DNA of 64,000 nucleotides from Macrostomum lignano. Its lineage: Eukaryota. The stretch covers positions 931,296 to 995,295 of the forward strand of contig NIVC01000412.1 of the NCBI GenBank assembly GCA_002269645.1, given 5' to 3'. The translations under genes and the position numbers were made by a program. Below, piece by piece: positions 1 to 10,834 of this stretch (its first letter is position 1; each line of letters opens with the position of its first letter). A model generated the notes under the pieces. The model worked only from the letters and a program-made list of their open reading frames with translations, did no database searches and was not told where the DNA came from.

Positions 1-322
1 GTAAAATATTTTTAGATTATTAAAATATTCAAAAGTCTTATTATTAACATACTTTTTAAATTCCTGTAGCAAACATGTAAAGACTGCAATAAAGTAAAAC
101 TTGTTTAATACATTAAAGAAATTAATATTTTGTTTTCTTAGAAGCGAAAAATTTGCTTGAAAGCGCACAAAAGTTGTTGACTATAGTGAGTAGTGACCTG
201 TGACTTTGGGATCTTATATGATACAGCATATTACTATCTTAGTAGTTTTAATAGCAAATTTAGGTACTTCCTATTCAAAGGAATCATTTAATTAAGTTTT
301 TTGTTCCAGCGAATCAGTAATT

Positions 323-479
323 ATGGGAGAAAGCAAACTAGCAGGACAAGATTTTATTAAAAAAGTTTTTTCTCCAACTCTGGCGGTGCTTGCTAGTCAT
401 GATGCGGAAACTATCTGTCAGAAGAACAACCTTTCATTCTGTGAATTGCTTAAGCCATTCCTTAAAATTTCACAAGATG
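323..479 (+). CDS. TRAPPC8: TRAPPC8 exon 1 (first coding exon)
   Basis: ATG at 323 gives MGESKLAGQDFIKKVFSPTLAVLASHDAETICQKNNLSFCELLKPF, resembling the TRAPPC8/Trs85 N-terminus (LSFAELLKPF). Donor G|GTAAG at 480, phase 1. Confidence 0.88.
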
Positions 480-699
480 GTAAGTTTTTGCTTTAAAGCC
501 CTATTATGATTAATATTATAAGTTATAAATCATAATATAGGCTAACTAATGTGTTTTCTCTTGGCCCTTGAATTGAGTTTAACCCAAATTTATAGCTGAA
601 GTTTGAGTTGGAAGTTAAAACTTTGTTTAAATTATAGTTGTCATAGTCCTAATATTTTATTTGCGTAGGGCCTATTATATTAGCCATAAAAGGTCCTAT

Positions 700-995
700 G
701 GCAATCCTACACTTCCGTTCGGTAATTATTTTCACATTTGAATTTTGAATTTGAAACCACTGCATTGCAGACAGCGTGTCCAGTGTGCTTCCGACCGGAA
801 AAAATATCTATGGCTCAGTCAGAAGCCAAATAGTCTATGGTTTAGACTATAGTTTAGTTTAGAATAGTTTGCACCCCTTTAAACTCTGTTCGCTCAAACT
901 TTTGGCCATAGACACATTGCCAATCGACGTCATTTGACTCGGTGGTACGAATTCAAATGTGAAAATAATTTACCGAACGGAAGTGTAGGATTGCC
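700..995. mobile_element. MITE with 45/46-bp TIRs and 8-bp TSD (Merlin-like)
   Basis: TIR GGCAATCCTACACTTCCGTTCGGTAATTATTTTCACATTTGAATT (700-744) is inverted at 950-995. Direct repeat GGTCCTAT at 692-699 and 996-1003. GG termini plus an 8-bp TSD fit Merlin/IS1016. Confidence 0.85.
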
Positions 996-1051
996 GGTCC
1001 TATAAGCATAAGGTGGTAGGTAGGGCCTATTAATAATTTTGTGAGTTAATG

Positions 1052-1158
1052 GAAATTTCGGCATAGTTCTAGTTTACTGCATTAAATTATTTTGCCCTCT
1101 ATTCAAGTGTAGGGGGGTTGGAATATATCAAAGTAAACTAGAACTATGCCGAAATTTC
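1052..1158. repeat. Small inverted repeat (27-bp arms), possible tiny MITE
   Basis: GAAATTTCGGCATAGTTCTAGTTTACT (1052-1078) and its exact reverse complement (1132-1158); no clear TSD. Confidence 0.7.
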
Positions 1159-1775
1159 ATTGTTAACATTAATGACAATGTCAATAAGACCAACAATGCT
1201 AATAAAAACAAAAAATATGTCTGACAAGAATTTACATTATGAATTTAGTTTAATTATATGCCTTATTAATCTTTTTGTTATAAATATAAGGATAGACCTA
1301 ACCATATAGTATAGCAAATTTTTATTTTTCCCCTTTTTTTTATAAAATAGATTCACTTGTTTTATCATATGGGGAAATCCAAAAATCGGGGGCAAGTTTT
1401 ATGAAAATTCGTTTTTTGGCAATTTGAAAGCAATAAAGCTATAAAATAAATTTATTCAAGTTTTTAAAAAGTAAAAAAGTCTATTAAAGCACAAATTATT
1501 TTCGTATAGCTTTATTTTTAATAAAATGATTTGTTAAAACGGTAAGTTTAATTACGACCTAAAATGAGTCTAATGAAAATGATTGAAAAGCTATAATAAT
1601 GTATTTTATTAACTTTAACTATCTTATAATGTTACACTCTATAATTCTACAACATATTTAACATTATTTTAAGGTTTTATTTGTTTATCACTTTCGTTAC
1701 TCTTGACAACGTGTATTTTGTAGAGTTCGTTTGCAATAAATTGTATTCAACGTAAGTTTATTATTTAAACATACA

Positions 1776-2484
1776 AATTCCCGTAAGGATCGGAAAATTG
1801 CATTTTACTCAGCTTCTACTAAAGCGATTTGGAAAATTCTTTTTTTCCTGCATACACGCCGCGATGATACATGTTTTAGTGTAATTTCATTGTTCTTCGT
1901 CGCTTAATAAGCATACAGTAAGCATCTGATTTGGAAGCCGGGTAACACATTGGAATTCCCATAAGGATTGGAAAATTGCATTTTACTCAGCTTCTACTGA
2001 AGCGATTTGGAAAATTCTTTTTTTCCTGCATACACGCCGCGATGATACATGTTTTAGTGTAATTTCATTGTTCTTCGTCGCTTAATAAGCATACAGTAAG
2101 CATCTGATTTGGAAGCCGGGTAACACATTGGAATTCCCATAAGGATTGGAAAATTGCATTTTACTCAGCTTCTACTGAAGCGATTTGGAAAATTCTTTTT
2201 TTCCTGCATACACGCCGCGATGATACATGTTTTAGTATAATTTCATTGTTCTTCGTCGCTTAATAAGCATACAGTAAGCATCTGATTTGGAAGCCGGGTA
2301 ACACATTGGAATTCCCATAAGGATTGGAAAATTGCATTTTACTCAGCTTCTACTGAAGCGATTTGGAAAATTCTTTTTTTCCTGCATACACGCCGCGATG
2401 ATACATGTTTTAGTGTAATTTCATTGTTCTTCGTCGCTTAATGAGCATACAGTAAGCATCTGATTTGGATGCCGGGTTCACATT
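1776..2484. repeat. 178-bp tandem repeat, 4 near-identical copies
   Basis: AATTCCC anchors at 1776, 1954, 2132 and 2310. Confidence 0.95.
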
Positions 2485-3536
2485 TTGTGGTACCATTTTT
2501 TACCCAAAATTTTTAAGTCTAAATATAGGCATATTACAAATACTAATACTATGCAAGTTGATATTTAAATGAAAGAAAACAACTTAAAGATTATTTTGCA
2601 ACAAGGAATTAGTGATATATTTACTTTTAGAAAAAGATGTTTGCTGGCAAACTTTGCACTTTATATTAGTATGAATTTTTGCGAGTTTATATGGTTTTAG
2701 AAAAACTTTGAAATCCTTAGAAATACTTCATCTTTTTGAATTGAATAAAAAGTAAAACACAGATTACTTTCTGTTTTGTAAGTAGTAAAAAAATTAGCCT
2801 TCTCTAAGGCCTACAAGTCTTAAAATTAATTGTTTAATAATGAAAAAAAGTGAAACAAAAAATTGCAAATCGGTCAACTCGGACTTTCAAAATGCTTTTT
2901 TGTGGTTTTTTCTTATTTATTCAACAATATAAAGCATGAAAACAATAGTTTTTATCCAGAACTATTTTCTAAAGACCTATCTATCTTTCAAAAACCTTTT
3001 TTAGATACATTACTTTCCATCGAATGTCCGCAGATTTGTTTTACCGTTTTATCCCACGTTTTTGGATTTCGCCATATATTATCAATATTTTATAACTTTA
3101 TGCTATACCTAATAATATTACTAAAACAACTTTATATATAAAAAAGTATCAAAATTCAATAGCTAAGATAGAAATTCAGATCCTAGCATTGCTATAACAA
3201 ATTAACAAAGTCTAAAATTTATTAAGGCTTAACAACAACTAAATCCTAATCAAGTTACCAAATGTAATCAGTATAAAATATATAAATGTTTATAATAATT
3301 CTGAGATACTAACTCATACATGCGCAATAGTCGGCCGAGTTGGCCAATCCGGCCAACCGATTTGGCGGCCAACCAAGTTGCAAAAATGCCCACCCAAAAG
3401 AATACCAAAGTAGTAGTACTAAGTAGTTGATGAGGCATTTAGACTTAATAAGACAGTCATAGTTACTCCTGCCGTTTACCCAAAGTTGCGTTAATTTTGC
3501 GTTAGGTTTTTTACATATAAGTTACATATAAGTTGC

Positions 3537-5171
3537 AAAATCATAGAAGCGTCATGTAAAAAATCATAGAAGCGTCATGTAAACAATCATGAAAGCGTCA
3601 TGAAAAAATCATAGAAGCGTCGTGTAAACAATCATAGAAGCGTAATGTAGAGAATCATAGAAGCGTCATGTAAAAAATCATAGGAGCGTCATGTAAACAA
3701 TCAAAGAAGCGTCATGTAAAAAATCATAGAAGCGTCATGTAAAAAATCATAGAAGCGTCATGTAAACAATCATAGAAGCGTCATGAAAAAATCATAGAAG
3801 CGTCATGTAAAAAATCAAAGAAGCGTCATGTAAAAAATCATAGAAGCGTCATGTAAACAATCATAGAAGCGTCATGTAAACAATCATATAAGCGTCATGT
3901 ACAAAAGCATAGAAGCGTCATGTAAAAAAGCATAGAAGCGTCATGTAAACAATCATAGAAGTGTCATGTAAACAATCATATAAGTGTCATGTAAAAAAGC
4001 ATAGAAGCGTCATGTAAATAATTATAGAAGCGTCATGTAAAAAATCATAGAAGCGCCATGAAAAAGTCATAGAAGCGTCATGTAAAAAATAATAGAAGCA
4101 TCATGTAAACAATCATGAAAGTGTCATGTAAAAAAATCATAGAAGCGTCATGTAAACAATCATGAAAGCGTCATGAAAAAAATCATAGAAGCATCGTGTA
4201 AACAATCATAAAAGCGTAATGTAGAGAATCATAGAAGCGTCATGTAAAAAAATCATAGAAGCCTCATGTAGAGAATCATAGAAGCGTCATGTAAAAAATC
4301 ATAGAAGCGTCATGTAAACAATCAAAGAAGCGTCATGTAAAAAATCATAGAAGCGTCATGTAAACAATCATAGAAGCGTCATGAAAAAATCATAGAAGCG
4401 TCATGTAAAAAATCAAAGAAGCGTCATGTAAAAAATCATAGAAGCGTCATGTAAACAATCATAGAAGCGTCATGTAAACAATCATATAAGCGTCATGTAC
4501 TAAAGCATAGAAGCGTCATGTAAAAAAGCATAGAAGCGTCATATAAACAATCATAGAAGCGTCATGTAAACAATCATATAAGCGTCATGTAAAAAAGCAT
4601 AGAAGCGTCATATAAACAATTATAGAAGCGTCACGTAAAAAATGATAGAAGCGCCATGAAAAGTCATAGAAGCGTCATGTAAAAAATAATAGAAGCATCA
4701 TGTAAACAATCATGAAAGCGTCATATAAAAAAATCATAGAAGCGTCATGTAAACAATCATGAAAGCGTCATGTAAAAAATCATCGAAGCGTCAGTTAAAA
4801 AATCATAAAAGCGGCATGTAAAAAATCATATAAGCGTCATATAAAAAATCATAGAAGCGTCATGTAAACAATCATAGAAGCGTCATGTAAACAATCATAG
4901 AAGCGTCAAGTAAACAATCATAAAAACATCATGTAAACAATCATAGAAGCGTCAAGTAAACAATCATAAAAACATCATGTAAACAATCATAGAAGCGTCA
5001 TCTAACAATCATAGAAGCGTCATGTAAACAACCATAGAAGCGTCATGTAAAAAATCATAGAAGCCTTATATAAAAACTAATGGAAGCGTCATTTGAGAAA
5101 TCATAGAAGCGTCATGTAAAAAATCATAGAAGCGTCATGTAAACAATTATAGAAGCGTCATGTAAACAATC
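3537..5171. repeat. 23-bp satellite A (ATCATAGAAGCGTCATGTAAAAA), left of the LINE
   Basis: Direct inspection; roughly 70 units. Confidence 0.97.
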
Positions 5172-5272
5172 GCAGACTTGACTTTTGACTTAGCTGCAGG
5201 GCTGTCCCGGAGGGGACACAGCGGGAAGGCGCGGGCGCCCATTCCGCTAGTCCCTGAACGGCCGACGCGTCG

Positions 5273-8200
5273 CTATGGACGGAGGGTTGGCGCCGCCCAG
5301 GGAGGTCCCCCAGTGTCGCCAGCAGCTATGGTGCTCTCTGGAAAGGAGAGTTCAGCCCTGCGGGTGGCCCGAAGGTAGCGCATGAGCTGATTAAAGTTTT
5401 CGGGTTTGCACGCTTCAGTAATAGATGTGTGTGGCCCGAGGTAAGTGAGTCTGGCCCGCGTGAAGGCGGGACAGATGCTGACGAAATGCTCAGCGGTTTC
5501 GTCACCTGAGTTGCAGAAACTACAGGTGGCGTTGGTGGCGTTGCCCTGCAGGTACTGGTGCCTGGAGAAGCAGCCGTGACCAGAGAGGGTCATGGTGGCA
5601 GCCCGGATGTCTCTGCGCGAGAGGCGCAAGAGGAGCTTCCGGAGCTGGTGAGAGGGCTGAGGGACAGCGCCTCTGGATTGCCTGCAGTTCGTGCGGTTCG
5701 CCCAAGTCGAGCGGTGCTGAGTCCTGATCCACGCTTTGATGCGCGAGTCGATGACACAGCCAGGAATCGGGACAAGAGGTTCGGGGCCGAGAGAGGAGCC
5801 GGAGGCACCAACTTTTGCAAGGGTGTCAGCCAACTCATTTCCTCGGATCCCCACATGCCCCGGAACCCACTTAAGGGTAATTTTGTTGGCGGAACCCAAC
5901 GCATTGAGGAGTTTGATACAGTCAAGGACTGTAGCAGAGTTGGTGCTGCAGCCACTGATGGCGTGCAAGGCAGCTTGGCTGTCCGAATGGAAAATGATGT
6001 TCTTACCAGTAACGCCAGTGGCGAGAAGCTCTGCAGTGCAGGAGCTGATGGCCAGAACTTCATTTTGGAAAACACTGGAGTTGACCCCAGTGTATTGAGC
6101 GTGGGTAGCGATGACCCTCCCATTCAGAAAGATTCCAACACCAAAGCCGGTGTTGGCTGACTGCTTAGAACCGTCGGTGTAGCAATGAAGCTCACCAGGG
6201 TTCCAATGGTCATTGATGTTATCGCGCGAGTCGATAGCTACGGAGTAGCGCTGTCTCAGGTTGAGCGTTGAGGCAATGCCATCGGTGAAGACGCGATTGG
6301 CCTGACACTCGTTGAGAAAGTTGAGGCACAGATCGCTATGCGGGACAAGGTTCCGCTTAGCAGGTGCTCTCATGTAAATGAATTTGACGCCGGCATCAAT
6401 TAGACGCCGCGTCGTTCTAGCCGCCTTACCCCTGATGAAGAGGTCAAGAGGCGGAAGATTAAGAAAGGCCCCCATGCCAGCAAAGGGCGTGTACCTGGTG
6501 GCGTTGCAGATAAGCCTACACGCTCTGCCTTGGATCGTGTTGAGCAGGTCTGCATGGCTTTTGACCTGGGTAGCGCTAACCCAGACAACAGAGGCGTACG
6601 TAATGGCAGGTCTAACTGCGGAAGTATAGATCCACCAAAGCCGCTTTGGGGATAGACCCCAAGAAGTGCCAAGTGCTCGTCGGAGCTGGGCCAGGATGGC
6701 TGAGGCACGCTTAGCTTTTGCTTTCACGTGGAAGGACCAGTTGAGCCGGTGGTCAAGTGTGACCCCGAGACATCTGGTCTGGTGCGCGAAGGCAATATCT
6801 CTGCCGTAGAGCTGCAGAGGACGTATGTTCCAGCGTAGTCTGCTGGTAAACATAATGGCAACGGTTTTGGGCTCAGAGAGTTCCAAACCATTGTCATTGG
6901 CCCAGGATTCTGCTTTGCGGATAAAGCTCTGCATCAGATCCCTGAGCGTGCTGGGAGACGGTCCTGCCACAATGGCCGTGACGTCATCAGCATACCCGAC
7001 TTTGAAGACGGGGTCAGGTCGGGAGTCACTCAGAAGAGCGTCCATGACCAGGTTCCAGAGCGTCGGGGTGAGGACTCCGCCTTGGGGTCCACCCTTACAG
7101 ACTCTGGTGGAGGCAGTTTGCCCAAGAAGTTGGGCAGTGACCGTACGGTTGGAGATCATGTACATGATCCACCGTATGAGGGTAGCATGAGCTTTGCGAT
7201 TTTGAAGGGCCCTCTGAAACGCTTCAAAGATAACGTTGTCGAAGGCGCCAACAATGTCAAGAAAGAGAGCCAGGGCGTAACCGTCACCCAGTACCGCCCG
7301 TTCAATCTTTTCGACAATCGCATGCAGGGCGCTGTCAGTCGACCTCCCGGTACGGAAGGCGTGCTGATTATTGCTGAGGGGCATCGCTGTCAGCTCGCAG
7401 GAGAGCAGCCGCCAGAGAATAAGCCTCTCAGTGAGCTTAAGCATTGCTGACGTTAAGCTAATTGGCCGGAAGGCCTTGACGCTTTGGTAGTCACCCTTCC
7501 CAGGTTTGGGAATAAAGACTACTCGAGCTTCAGTCCAGCTTTTGGGAACGTATCCCAGCTGGATAGAGGCCCGCATAAGATTGCGGGTGAGTCTCAGGAA
7601 CGAGGGTATCTTGGCTGCTTCACGAAGGAGAACAGGGTAGATACCATCAGGTCCAGGAGATTTGAAGGGTTTGAAGGTTCTGACCGCACGAGCGATTAGG
7701 TCTTCAGTGACAATGCCCGCCGCTAGGGTGGCTCCATCCATCGAATGGTTGGGCTCCGGTCTAGCAGTAGGTACCCTCGGGAAGAATGTGCTAAGCATAT
7801 GCTGAAGCACTTCTTCAGGGTCTTTAGTAAGAGAGCCATCATCTTTTTTGATCATGGCTAATTTGGACATTTTGTCCATTGTAAGGGCCTTGACAAGCCT
7901 AGAAGTAGGTCTGTCTTGATCCAATTCATTGCAGAATTGGCGCCACTTACATTCCTTGGCCTTGCGCACTTCAGATTTGAAATTGCGGGAGGCTTGCCGG
8001 AAAAGCTCCATGTCCTCCGGGTTTCCGGTCTTCATGGCACGGCGATGAAGGCTTTTGGCCTTCCGCCTGAGTTTCCCCAGCTCCGGGTTCCACCACGGCG
8101 CCGAGGTCTTGCCTCTGTAGGCGCGAGCAGGACAAGCCGCTTCGTAGGCTGCAATAATGCAACCTGTCAGCGTCTCAGCCATATGATCCACATCCTCGCA

Positions 8201-9013
8201 GGTCTCAATCGGACGTAAGTCCGTGAGTTCCTGCAGGTGCAGATCAAGGGCAGCCTTGTAGGCCGCCCAATCAGTGTTGCGGATATTGCGTCTCCAAGTG
8301 ATCGGAGACTGGGTTTTAGTGTCCGCGATATTAAAGGCAATAAAGCAGTGGTCAGACAGGGAGGGCTCCTCAGACCAGACTCTCCACTCCTTGACTCTGT
8401 CAAAGAGTCTTGGGGTAACGAGTGTGGCGTCGAGGACCTCGGTCCATCTGCCATTATTAAAGGTAGGAGTGCTGCCGCGGTTGCAGAGCATGAGGTTTGT
8501 GTTAGAGATGAGGGCCAGAAGCTCCTCTCCTCTAGTGTTGGTATCTTTGCTGCCCCAGTGCTTGTGGTGCGCGTTGAGGTCGCCCCCTAAGCACAGCTCA
8601 GCGTTCTGGGACTCGCAGTACTGCGCAAGGCGCAGTAAACTCTCGGGAGCAGGGTCTCTGTCGCCTGGGATATAAACCGAGGCAACAAGACACGTACGCG
8701 GAGAGAAATGATTAGATTGGATGACGCAAAGGTCTCCATCAGAGAGATCAGTCCTCAGCCAAGCCTGGAGATGGCTAGCAGCGAGGATAGCCGCTCTAGG
8801 GCGGCTGTTCCCCGGGCCACACACATAAAAATCAGAGTAGCCAGAGGGAATGTTGGGCAACTTACCGTTGCGCATCCAGGGTTCCTGGATCAGGATGAGG
8901 CCTGGCCTGTACAGCTCAGCAATCTTCATCAGATTTACTGACGCAGATACGCAATGCTGTAAATTTATTTGCAGACAGAATGTCGCTCCTTTGGCAGCGT
9001 GGAGCTTAGTCAT
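5273..9013 (-). CDS. Retrotransposon ORF2: AP endonuclease, reverse transcriptase, RNase H, CCHC finger (1246 aa)
   Basis: EN motifs LQINL/IQEPW, GDLNAHH, SDH; RT motifs KSPGPDGI, FRPISL, PQGGVLTP, YADD; RNase H motifs YTDGSK, HSDSQAAL, WVPGHVGIRGNELAD; zinc finger CSFC-x8-H-x4-C. Confidence 0.97.
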   Translation of the reverse strand: MTKLHAAKGATFCLQINLQHCVSASVNLMKIAELYRPGLILIQEPWMRNGKLPNIPSGYSDFYVCGPGNSRPRAAILAASHLQAWLRTDLSDGDLCVIQSNHFSPRTCLVASVYIPGDRDPAPESLLRLAQYCESQNAELCLGGDLNAHHKHWGSKDTNTRGEELLALISNTNLMLCNRGSTPTFNNGRWTEVLDATLVTPRLFDRVKEWRVWSEEPSLSDHCFIAFNIADTKTQSPITWRRNIRNTDWAAYKAALDLHLQELTDLRPIETCEDVDHMAETLTGCIIAAYEAACPARAYRGKTSAPWWNPELGKLRRKAKSLHRRAMKTGNPEDMELFRQASRNFKSEVRKAKECKWRQFCNELDQDRPTSRLVKALTMDKMSKLAMIKKDDGSLTKDPEEVLQHMLSTFFPRVPTARPEPNHSMDGATLAAGIVTEDLIARAVRTFKPFKSPGPDGIYPVLLREAAKIPSFLRLTRNLMRASIQLGYVPKSWTEARVVFIPKPGKGDYQSVKAFRPISLTSAMLKLTERLILWRLLSCELTAMPLSNNQHAFRTGRSTDSALHAIVEKIERAVLGDGYALALFLDIVGAFDNVIFEAFQRALQNRKAHATLIRWIMYMISNRTVTAQLLGQTASTRVCKGGPQGGVLTPTLWNLVMDALLSDSRPDPVFKVGYADDVTAIVAGPSPSTLRDLMQSFIRKAESWANDNGLELSEPKTVAIMFTSRLRWNIRPLQLYGRDIAFAHQTRCLGVTLDHRLNWSFHVKAKAKRASAILAQLRRALGTSWGLSPKRLWWIYTSAVRPAITYASVVWVSATQVKSHADLLNTIQGRACRLICNATRYTPFAGMGAFLNLPPLDLFIRGKAARTTRRLIDAGVKFIYMRAPAKRNLVPHSDLCLNFLNECQANRVFTDGIASTLNLRQRYSVAIDSRDNINDHWNPGELHCYTDGSKQSANTGFGVGIFLNGRVIATHAQYTGVNSSVFQNEVLAISSCTAELLATGVTGKNIIFHSDSQAALHAISGCSTNSATVLDCIKLLNALGSANKITLKWVPGHVGIRGNELADTLAKVGASGSSLGPEPLVPIPGCVIDSRIKAWIRTQHRSTWANRTNCRQSRGAVPQPSHQLRKLLLRLSRRDIRAATMTLSGHGCFSRHQYLQGNATNATCSFCNSGDETAEHFVSICPAFTRARLTYLGPHTSITEACKPENFNQLMRYLRATRRAELSFPESTIAAGDTGGPPWAAPTLRP

Positions 9014-9052
9014 ACTGTATTAAATGCAATATCTGGCTAGAGCCCAGGGTCA

Positions 9053-10558
9053 TCAAGGAGACTTGGACAACAGATCGTCCTCGTCCCAGGCCGCTGGGGC
9101 TTGACTGGGAGATGGGAGTTGGTCGACGTCCATGGCCTCCTCACCCCCACCGGCCCCCCCAGCAGACTCCTCAGGCTCCGATGACAGGATGGAGGAAGCT
9201 TCCTCACCTGCATCTTTACCTTCAGACCCCACCAAGGTGGCCGAGGAGAGCTCGGATTCCGAAGACCCGGCCTCGTCCTCAACTCCTTCTCCGACTGGCA
9301 GGTTTGGTTCCCGGGGCTCGGCCGGAGCCGTTACCGCGGTCGCCGAACTGCTGCTAGCAGAGGGGCGAGATGCAGCTTTGGCTTTGGGATCGGCTTGCGC
9401 CTTTCCTTGGGCCTTAGACTGCGCCCCGCTCTTGCCGGAGATGCCGGGGTTGGCAGTAGCCTTCCCTTTGGCAGACTTTCCTCGGCGCAACTTGAGCTTG
9501 AGGGCACCCAGCTGGAAAGAGGATCCATTAGGGTACCGACTCGCCCAAGTGCTGGAAAGGCCGAGGACAATTGAGTTGCCCGTCTCCCCCCTGCGGACTT
9601 TACGGTGATACACCAGTCCACTAGCAGGGAGGTCGGGGTTCAGACGCAGTAGGACCCGGCGAATAACGTCTGGTCCAGCTGCGGTGCTCTTAGCAGGGAC
9701 GAAAACCACATAGGGTATCGTCTTTGGGCGCTGGCCCTCGCGAAGAAAAAGAGCTCCGCCAAGGTCAGCATCCAAGGAGACCGTCGGTAGCCGCTGGAGC
9801 AGCCGCCGAGCGTCCTCCTCGCTGCTAGGAGCAATAAGAACGAATGTGCTTCGCAGCACCATCCGCTCAACGCCGATGGAGATTCCCTCCTCGACAGTCA
9901 GCTCAATCAGATAGGAGTCAACAGCACTCCACACTTTTTGAAGCTGATCAGTGGTCCAGTCCTGGTCGCGACCTTGGATGATCACTCCCGGGATTTTGGC
10001 CTTGGCCTTCGCCGCAAAGGTAGCTCCCGAAGGAACCTCCTTGTTGGCAGTGGCCATTTGTTGCGCCGTGGTTTCGGCCTCAGCAGCCGCGGCAGCAGCT
10101 CCAGGGAGCGCCGCCGCTGAACTACTGGAGCTTCCACCGGCCGGCCCGCCTGGTTGCCTTGGGACTCCAGTCGCTTCAGCATCCATGGTGGACGCCGCCG
10201 CTTTGGCCCCCGCAGCTCCCTTCTTGGCCTGCCTTTTGGCGCGTTGTTTAGCGCGTTTGCGCTCAAGCCGAGCCCGCTGAGCTTCATCGGATCTGCCAGA
10301 TTTGGCCGGTCCTTTAGGCTCAGAGCTCGCGGTTCCCTTAGATCCACCAGCGGAGCTGGCAGGTGTTAGGGTATTTTGAGTTTGGTAGCTCTGGTCGGAT
10401 CTGCCAGCAGAGCCAGCCGGTCCTTCCTTTGCCACAGTTGAATCAGTCGGTTGGGATCTGCCAGCAGGGCCGGCCGGTCCTTCGGACTGAGGTTGGGGTT
10501 TAGAAGGGTCCCCATCCCTAGAAATAGCTTGTTTATCCATAGTCGGCTCGAAGGCCAT
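9053..10558 (-). CDS. Retrotransposon ORF1 (501 aa from the first ATG), DUF4780-like gag equivalent
   Basis: First ATG at 10558 in TTATCATGGCC context (the ORF track starts at an upstream GTG). Core YVVFVP...IRRVLLRLNPDLP...LGALKLKL resembles LOA-type ORF1; low-complexity flanks and acidic C-terminus; no CCHC knuckle. Confidence 0.82.
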   Translation of the reverse strand: MAFEPTMDKQAISRDGDPSKPQPQSEGPAGPAGRSQPTDSTVAKEGPAGSAGRSDQSYQTQNTLTPASSAGGSKGTASSEPKGPAKSGRSDEAQRARLERKRAKQRAKRQAKKGAAGAKAAASTMDAEATGVPRQPGGPAGGSSSSSAAALPGAAAAAAEAETTAQQMATANKEVPSGATFAAKAKAKIPGVIIQGRDQDWTTDQLQKVWSAVDSYLIELTVEEGISIGVERMVLRSTFVLIAPSSEEDARRLLQRLPTVSLDADLGGALFLREGQRPKTIPYVVFVPAKSTAAGPDVIRRVLLRLNPDLPASGLVYHRKVRRGETGNSIVLGLSSTWASRYPNGSSFQLGALKLKLRRGKSAKGKATANPGISGKSGAQSKAQGKAQADPKAKAASRPSASSSSATAVTAPAEPREPNLPVGEGVEDEAGSSESELSSATLVGSEGKDAGEEASSILSSEPEESAGGAGGGEEAMDVDQLPSPSQAPAAWDEDDLLSKSP

Positions 10559-10834
10559 GATAAAAGGTTGGTGGGCTACCCTCAAAGGGGCGCGGTACCC
10601 ACCCGGCCGCTCCACCTGACCGGGCAGTAGGCCAATAGCACCCTCAAGGCTGGCCCGACACCAGGAGGGGGACCGCTTGCGACCGGACTACTCCCCGGCC
10701 TTCCAGCCCATCGGCACGGTCAACACCTTAGGCATTAGAGAGTACGTTGAGCAGTACCACGGCCTGCAGGTTGGCGAGCCAGACCCGCATACCCAAATTC
10801 GGCCGAAGCCACTGGATAGGGTCGCCAGCGCCGG

